DNA of 64,000 bases from Antedon mediterranea (Eukaryota; Animalia; Echinodermata). Position numbers and translations under genes: made by a program. Below, piece after piece: positions 52,001 to 61,000 of this stretch; position 1 is the first letter of the stretch, and each line of letters starts with the position of its first letter. The stretch covers positions 22,258,001-22,322,000 of the forward strand of contig NC_092674.1 of assembly GCF_964355755.1 (NCBI RefSeq), given 5' to 3'. The notes beneath the pieces are model-generated. The model saw nothing but the letters and a program-made list of their open reading frames with translations. It was not told the origin of the DNA and did no database searches.

Positions 52001-55000
52001 CACCTACCCCCTAGACAGTTACCCCCGGATGTTTACCCCCTTAGGACAACTACCCCCTTAGGACAACTACCCCCTTAGGATAACTACCCCCGGTCAACTA
52101 CTCCGCCCCCTCCCCAATCCAAAAGTAGACATAAAAATGAAATCATCTGTTTTTAACGGGTGTTTCGAAACTAGAGACCCGAGACCAGAGACCTGACACG
52201 AGACCCAATACGAAAAGGGAGACCTATATTTGGGTCTCCCTTTTCGTATATTAGGGTCTCCCTTTTCGTATAGTGTGGTCTCTCTTTTCGTATAGTGGGG
52301 TCTCCCTTTTCTTATAGTGGGGTCTCCCTTTTCTTATAGTGGGTCTCCCTTTTCGTATATTTGGGTCTCCCATTTTGTATATTTGGGTCTCCCTTTTCGT
52401 ATAATTGGGTCTCCCTTTTCGTATATTTAGGTCTCTCTTTTCGTATATTAGGGTCTCCCTTTTCGTCGTATAGTGGGGTCTCCCTTTTCGTATAGTGGGG
52501 TCTCCCTTTTCGTATAGTGGGGTCTCCCTTTTCGTACGTGGGTCTCCCTTTTTGTATTGGTCTCGGGTCTCTGGTCTCTGGTCTCGGGTCTCTAGTTTGA
52601 AACACCCGTTTTTAACCGATTATTCTGTTTAACAGCACGCTAGACCCTAGATGTGCTAGATTTAAAGTACCGTATTTATTGAAAAAACGGCCTGGGCTGT
52701 TTATTGTTTAGGTGGTTTTTAGGTGGACATTTATTGGAAGAAAGTTGTTTATTCAATGGGAGGGGGTATAATCTAATGGAAATAGATGCCGATTATTCCA
52801 TATGATGTTTCATGGGAGTGACATGGTCACCGTTTATTTGAGGGGAATTTATTTAAAGATCGCCGTTTATTCGGTGAGTGAACCAGTGGTTATCGAAGCA
52901 TTGTCCTGACGCAAAAATTATTATTATTATTAGCGAACCCAGTCTTTACAGTAAATACAGGGAGTACTATATAATACGTTCGACTATCCTATGATCATGT
53001 GTGACAATCTTCAGTTTATACCAGGCTATATTTATGTTCAATCTTTTACTTTTGTTTACAATAATGAATAGTAATTCGTCAAAGTAACGAATTAAAATAT
53101 AGTTATTAATTCCTATTATACACTGTTGCAGAGTCAGGTTGTTGAATGGTCTGGGTGGTAGTTGTCCGTCCGGGGGGTAGTTGTTCTAAAGGGATAGTTT
53201 TCTGGGTGGTAGTTGTCCAGGGGTTAGTTGTCCTGCGGAGGTAGTTGTCCTAAAAGATTATTTTCCCTCGGAGTATTGTCCAGGTAGGAGGTAGTTGTCC
53301 TACGAGGAGTATTGTGTCAGAGGTACTGTAGTTGTCCGGGGGGTAATTCCCCGGGGGGGTAATTGTCAGGGGGTAATTGTTCCTAGGGGGTAATTGTTCC
53401 TAGGGGGTAATTGTCCGGGGGTAGTTGTCCAGGGGTTAGTTGTCCTACGGAGGTAGTTGTCCTAAAAGATTATTTGCCCTCGGAGTATTGTCCAGGAAGT
53501 AGTTGTCCTACGGGGAAGTATTGTGTCAGAGGTAGTTGTCCGCGGGGTAATTACCGGGGGGAGGGGTAATTGTCCGGGGGTAATTGTTCCTAGGGGGTAA
53601 TTGTTCCTAGGGGGTAATTGTCCAGGGGGTAGTTGTCCAGGGGGTCGTTGTCCTAAGGGGGTTGTTCTCCTAAGGGGGTAGTTGTCCCGGGGATAGTTGT
53701 CCGGGGTAAGTTGTCGGGGGGTAGTTGTCCGGGGGGTAGTTGTCCGGGGGGTAGTTGTCCTAAAGGGGTAGTTGTCCTAAAGGGGTAGTTGTCCTAAAGG
53801 GGTAGTTGTCCTAAAGGGGTAGTTGTCCTAAAGGGGTAGTTGTCCTAAAGGGGTAGTTGTCCTAAAGGGGTAGTTGTCCTAAAGGGGTAGTTGTCCTAAA
53901 GGGGTAGTTGTCCTAAAGGGGTAGTTGTCCTAAAGGGGTAGTTGTCCTAAAGGGGTAGTTGTCCTAAAGGGGTAGTTGTCCTAAAGGGGTAGTTGTCCTA
54001 AAGGGGTAGTTGTCCTAAAGGGGTAGTTGTCCTAAAGGGGTAGTTGTCCTAAAGGGGTAGTTGTCCTAAAGGGGTAGTTGTCCTAAAGGGGTAGTTGTCC
54101 TAAAGGGGTAGTTGTCCTAAAGGGGTAGTTGTCCTAAAGGGGTAGTTGTCCTAAAGGGGTAGTTGTCCTAAAGGGGTAGTTGTCCTAAAGGGGTAGTTGT
54201 CCTAAGGGGGTAGTTGTCCTAAGGGGGTAGTTGTCCTAAGGGGGTAGTGGTCCAGGTGGTGGTTGTCAGGGGGTAGTTTTCCGGGGGTAAATGTCCAGAG
54301 GGTGAATATCCGGATACGGCATTAACCAATTATTATATCTGAAACCTGTAGATGATTGACAGTGACACATATCATTATCAAATTATAAAGCAATTGTTTC
54401 ATACTTACATGATTTAATGATGTCAAACTGATGAAATATTCATTAATAGTTGATTAAAAAGTTAACTTATCAATAATATTTCTGCAATAACAATTAAACC
54501 ATTTTAATAATGATTATATATAGGACATCAGCGGTGAAACTAATATCTTTAACACATGCTATATACTGGTTAGGTAATTGTTGAATTAAAGTGAAACTAA
54601 ATTATCATTATGTATTAATCTTGTTACTTTCTGTTTAAATTTAACAAAAGAATTTGAACAAAAAAATGGTTTTTCAAACAGTAAAGGCACATGACAAAGT
54701 TTCTCATTTTACTGTACCTCAACAGTGTTGTGTAATTGAAAAGGTGTACAGACTAAAAACTAGAACCCCTATTAAGGGGACAAATTTGAGACCCCATTGT
54801 CTTTAGCTATAAAATGTACCTCTTCAAGATTTAAATTCATAAATGAAGTTAAATGTTTACTTTTACAAAAACATTAAGGTTAGCCCTTGTTTACTCTATT
54901 TCTTTTATATAGTTGTTGTTTCTTTTTTATTGAATTATTGTTGTTAGATCAAAATTTATACATTTTGACTAATTTATTTTTGTGACAGGAGTCAAAATCA

Positions 55001-58000
55001 AATATTTTTTGGCTCCTTTTCACATATTGTACTGTTTGTATAATGTGAATAAAGTTGAAAGTAAAAGTGAAAGTGAATACTGTATTCACAGGAGACTATA
55101 CCAACAACCTAAAATTGTCCATAGCCATTTTCCATATATTAAAACATATTTCCCCTCGTTTCCTTATAGGGGTGTCCCAATGAATGTATTGGTATTACCA
55201 GGAATTCCCTTCACCATTAGCTCTCTACATAATAGTATTGCTGTATTTGATATGGCCACAACATTTTATAAATATTAGGGGTGTTAGATACTCAGATTGG
55301 CAATAAACTAATTCAGGTCTTATTTATGTGACAAAAACAATGTGCCCATGGACATGGTAATGTCATATCACTACAATATTTGGGCACATCATACTTTTTT
55401 TGTCAAACTATTTGTGGACAGAGCTTAATACTGAAATGATGACCATTGCATGAAATAGCATTTTAACAAGCCTTATGAAGATCGAAACGTGTAATCATGG
55501 CTTGCCTCTTGTTAGTTGAAGTCAGTTTTTATACAATACAAGCCTTATAGTTTTCATTTCCATTTATAATATCATGCATTATTATACATAGATGGTGTTG
55601 CTCTGAGACAATACAATATAGAAACAAAACCTCAGCAAAATATACAGACTATTAAAAGGTCACTTAATTCTTGTACATTCACTGCTCTGTTTAGCAACTG
55701 GATAAAAACTATTATAAAACCTTATGAGTTATTACTGTATTTAAAAAATAAAACAACTTGTTTGATGAGTTGTAAATGTCATATTTATTTACAAATGTAC
55801 ACCTGCTGAAACGTTGCAGGAATATTACTGTACAGTGTTATTACAGAAAAAGAAAGTATGTAAGAATGGAATGATTATTGATAATACCTGAACGTGCTGG
55901 AAAAAAAAAGAAATAAACAATTTTCTTAGTACACCTGCTGAAACATTTCAAGAATAATAATCTATTATGTTTACCATGTTTAATGATTTATTTTGGATAC
56001 AGTATAGTACAGAAAAAGAAAGTCTGATTATTGATAATATATAAACTTGCTGGAAAAAAATAAAAAATACTACTGTACAATTTATGTACTTAAGAATCAC
56101 TCTTAGCAACAGGAACAAATGATAAATACTCGATCAATAGATGACATACAGTACTTTGATTGACTTAAAAAATAATGTATGTTTCATAGTAGGTCTACAA
56201 AGTAATGAAGAATTCAATATACATATCTGAAAGGTTTCCATAGCAACATAATACAAAATACAGTGATGCATCATTGTACCACATGCTAAAACTGTATATA
56301 ATGTATCTGTTAATTTTAAAACATCAGTCTGATTGCAGGTGCTTTCTCAATTAAAATCTTTCAATATCAAAATTAAATTCTTGAATAATTGTAATTGTAA
56401 TCAATTTCTTATTGAATTTTAAAAAGTTGGAAAATTAATTAAAAATTATTCTGCTTTATTAATAGAGGTACTGTACTGTACATTATACAGTACTATAGCT
56501 GTACAAAAGATAACATGGTGGCAACTCGCCATAATCAGGTCAGGGAATCCTACAAAATGGCTGCCTATCTCTCTCTTTCTATCGTATTTAACTTTAAATA
56601 AATGAAAACGGTATTTTCTCATTATTACATTTCAAGATTGTATTATATTAACTGGTTTTCTATCCAAAATGACTGTATGCTTTATGGATTGGTTTTATTA
56701 TTTTAGTCTATTATAGTTTATAACTGATCAATCAAAGAAGAATAAGAGAAAAGATAGTCATTAATGATCATTTCAACCAGAATAATATCAAATAAATACA
56801 CAACACAATGAAAATTAAAAAGAGATTCGAGGGAGGCGTTTATTCGAATAAATACGATAAAGAAACAACAATTCTAGATTTAGAGTTTTCATTTTTTTAT
56901 ATCATGTGCACTTATAATGAGATAATATATTTGTTCAAATTGAAGTTGATGTTGTTTTTTCAGGAGTGGCCGTAAACACAGGAGAACAAACAAAAATGGC
57001 TCTCAACTCAAAGTCCAAAGGCCAGAAATTCTCATGTTTAGAAAGGTTAGGCTACGTTTGTGTACTTTTGTATGTATGTATGATAGTATTGTTTAAGTGT
57101 CTGTGTGTCATGATTTTATGAATTAAACACAATCCCACTGTATGTATGATATGAAACCTGTTATAATCAAGAATAATATCTCTTGAAATAAAAGTAATCA
57201 AACCTAACCTTACTTTTTTGATACCATATTTATTATAATAAGGGAACAAATAAAATCCATTTTTTGTTTACATTTACATATTTTTCCCCCCTTAAAAAAA
57301 TGTTGTTTTCACATTTTGTTGTTGAATATGCCATTTTGATGTTCCATTATAGTTATTCATTTTGACGAAAAATTGGATCTAAAAAAATTCTTTACCTGAA
57401 AAAAATGGGGTTTTTGTTGAATTTAACTGTTTGTTTTGTCTTTTTATAAAGGAAAACATTTTTGTATTTGTTTTTTTATTTTTTTATTAAACTACAGAAT
57501 GGCCTATTCAAATTCTGATTTTATTAATCTTCATTTTTCATGTTTTTGAAGGACAATACATTTTTGTATTCAATATCAAGCAAAGATAGTAACTAACCGG
57601 AAAAACATACACAGGAAACATGCAGTCTCAGACAGAATCGTTCCGCATCATTTACTTGGGTGGCTCACTGACCTCATTAATTGTTAATGTTGTTTACACC
57701 ATACATTTCCTTAATTCTGGGCCCTGGGTACTTACTACCCAGGTGCACAATTCTAGGTCAACTCTGCACTTTTGCTAGTGGTGTAAAAGGAGATGGTAGT
57801 ACATATGCCTACCACCAATCACAGCACTATTTTCTGACTAAGACTTTTTAAAACAATTTTCTTATTCTCAGATCAATGAACAAATACCTAGGAGTAATGT
57901 TGATTCTGCTTGTCGTTGAAACTCTTATATGTACAATTGCAAAATATACCTACGATGCAAAGCATGACCTAGAGAAACATTGGTATTTCTATCCAAGTGC

Positions 58001-61000
58001 TCTTCTCAGTGGCGACTATGATATAGATGTAAGTTGTTTGTCAGTTTTTTTATATTTTTGTTAAGCTCTGTATACACTATCAAACTGTCCGTGACAAAAA
58101 AATGTGATGTGCCCTTATATGGACATGATGACATCATATCACTACCATATTTAGGCACATCATGCCTTTTTCAAACTAGTTTGATGGTGCAGACAGACCT
58201 TTAGAAATGCATACTACTTTGATTGAGTCAAGTGGTTGAGTGGTTAAATCATAATCAAAATATTGATGTAAGTTGTTTATTATAAATTTTGTTTATGTTT
58301 AATTTACAAATAGAAACATATATTTTCAAGTCAAGTGAATGAGCGGTTAAACCATAGTCATAATATCGGCACAGGTTCAATAGATACTGCGACCATGTTT
58401 AGGTGGTAAAACTTAAAGTCTTCTCAAATAACGACCTCAAAATTTATTTATTTATTTGACTTCTCACTAACTCAGTTAGTGAAGGATCTGGACCAACAGG
58501 TGGTAAACACCTCTAAAACGGTCCAGTCCAAATTTGCACAGTGGCTGTGTGTGACAGTGGCTGTGTTTGTGTGGACTAGTACACCGGGGTAACCCCCTAC
58601 TCGTCTCGAAAGATGTACTAGGTTCTTTAAAGTGCGCATGAGCTATGTGTACACTGGACCTACGGTTTATAGTCCTTATCCGAGAAGACTCGTTCTACCA
58701 CCAGAACCATGGAGCAAGTGAGCCTCGAACCCTTGCCGATGTTATGGCTACGTAATTACGGTTCCACTGTCTTAACCGCTCGGCCACTCACTCGCTCTAA
58801 ACTGTATAGTCTAGGAAAAAAAATCTCAAAAGATCTTTAGAAATCAAGTTCTATTCAAGGGGATTTTTTCCCTCCTGTGCTTTTGTACATCACAGCCATG
58901 GTTTGACTGAAATGGTGACCTCAGATCCATTATAGGCAACGATAGATGATTGAGATCATCTGGATGCTGCATTGGCTTATATAATGGGGATCTAGGATTT
59001 CCATCTTTTTAACTTTGACACACAATCTTCTTCTCATCATCAACCTGTTTGTGTCATTTAAATGTGCCTTTGCCTTATAACTAGAAATGATACATACTGT
59101 AGATTAAATATGGTACATAATGGTATGTAATTTTCTGTATATATAAACATAATTTCAATTCAATTATATTGATTAAATATGTTTTTCTTTTTTTTTTTAT
59201 GTAAAAATAATTAAAATCTTTTTCATTTTTTAACAGGTTCAAAATGTAATGGGTACTTTTCTATCATTCCTGGTGCTTTTCAACTACATTATTCCAATAT
59301 CTCTATATGTGACACTCGGTAAGGCTTCAAAAGCTTTGTATTTTTCAGTTCATTTTAATCATAATTACAATTTCAATTTATTCTGTAAATTAAACTTTCT
59401 GGAAATCAAGAGTTGACCTACTGTATTAACAATTTTATTTTTTATTTTATTTTCCAGAAACACTTTTTTGTAACTCTATAGTTTGATTCTTTTCAAAATA
59501 GATTTGCATGTTATACAAATAACATTTTTGTTTTTTTATTTTTCAGAACTTCAAAAATTCACTGGGTCTATGTTCTTTGCATGGGATATTGATATCTATG
59601 ATGAGGTTGGTGTGTCGTTATATTCTCCTTTAATAATTATTTAATTTAATGAATATTTTATTTTACCAATTTTTTAAAACTTGCAGAAAAGAACTTCCTT
59701 TGATATACCACCTTCTTAAGTTTATTAAACCTCCACAAATAAATAACTGCCTTGATGTGTAGTTTTTATTCCTATGTCTTAAAGAGCTTATTTCCACAGC
59801 AAGAATACTATGCTTTTTTTAAATTTTTCTTTAAAATTATATTTCTAAATTATTCTCTCTCCAGGCAACAAATCAACGAGCAAAAGCAAACACATCTGAT
59901 CTTAACGAGGAACTCGGACAAGTGGAGTACATGTTCACCGACAAGACTGGCACACTAACAGAAAACAACATGCAGTTCCGACAGTGTTCAGTTGACGGGA
60001 TTAAATATGAAGATGTTAATGGAGTATCATTAAAAATGACAACAGAACCAGAGGACTTTACTGACTCCGCAAAAGAACATAGGGTACGTAAATAATATTT
60101 AATATATGTTTTGAAGGATTTTTATATATTTAATAATTTTTTTTATCGAGGCGAAAGCTACATACCAAAATCATGAATTTTGAGTGTAAATGCTCTGGGA
60201 AGACTTGACGACCTTTTCAAACATCTCTTCTCAATTTGTTTATTTGTAGCTTGATGGTTGTTTTGCTCGTATACCGATCTATAAAACCTGTTTCCAATTA
60301 GCTATGTAGCTATGCTAACATAATTACTTTGACAAAGCGACACTCTCTCACAGTAGATGAGCTTTTGTTTATGATAGGTTAAATTCCTTCCAGCTAGTGT
60401 AATTCAGGCGTAAAGGTCTTTCCTGGATTGAAACTCGCATAATTTTGCTAACAGCAAAATCCCATATTTGAAAATTTTGTAAACATAAACCAATATGAAA
60501 TAAAACAATAATATTCTGTCTATTTATTTAGAGTTACAGTGCCCTTTTCTTTGGTGGAATTTTTATATAAAATTATTCTGTGAATTTTGCGGTATAAACA
60601 ATTATATAATGAATAATTTTCAGGTTTAAAAATAATATTAAACAATAATCAAATTCAGCCCCTGAAAATATGTAAATAAGGGACAACTTTCTTTTAATAT
60701 TATTAATTGATTGTTTTATGTAAACTAGATGTTTATGCTTGTCTTATGAAGGCCTAAATAATCAATTACAGATTAATTAACCAAATCTAGACCCAAATTA
60801 ATATGCTACTTTACTATGCTACTAAATTTTTATAGAGTGAGCTGTTACATGAGTTCTTGTTGTGCATGGGCCTTTGTCATACGGTGCATGTTCACAAAGA
60901 CTCTGAGAATGGGATGGATAGCATTGATAGTAAAGCCCCTCTTGACTACCAAGCATCATCCCCTGATGAAAAGGCACTTGTTGAAGCTGCTGCAAGGTAG

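Larger units (their letters stand above)
51991..54318. mobile_element. Mutator/MULE-like non-autonomous element with G-rich subterminal arrays
   Basis: 9-bp direct repeat gcattaacc at 51982-51990 and 54319-54327; inverted subterminal repeats (ggacaactaccccc left, gggggtagttgtcc right). Confidence 0.85.

Noticed and set aside
52312-52605. 97-aa ORF with KRETP/EKGDP repeats
   Set aside because: Translation of the tandem interior of a TIR element with a 9-bp TSD.
53761-54245. Regular repeat resembling a CRISPR array or telomeric tract
   Set aside because: Head-to-tail 17-mer with no spacers, not TTAGGG, and part of a transposon arm in a eukaryotic intron.
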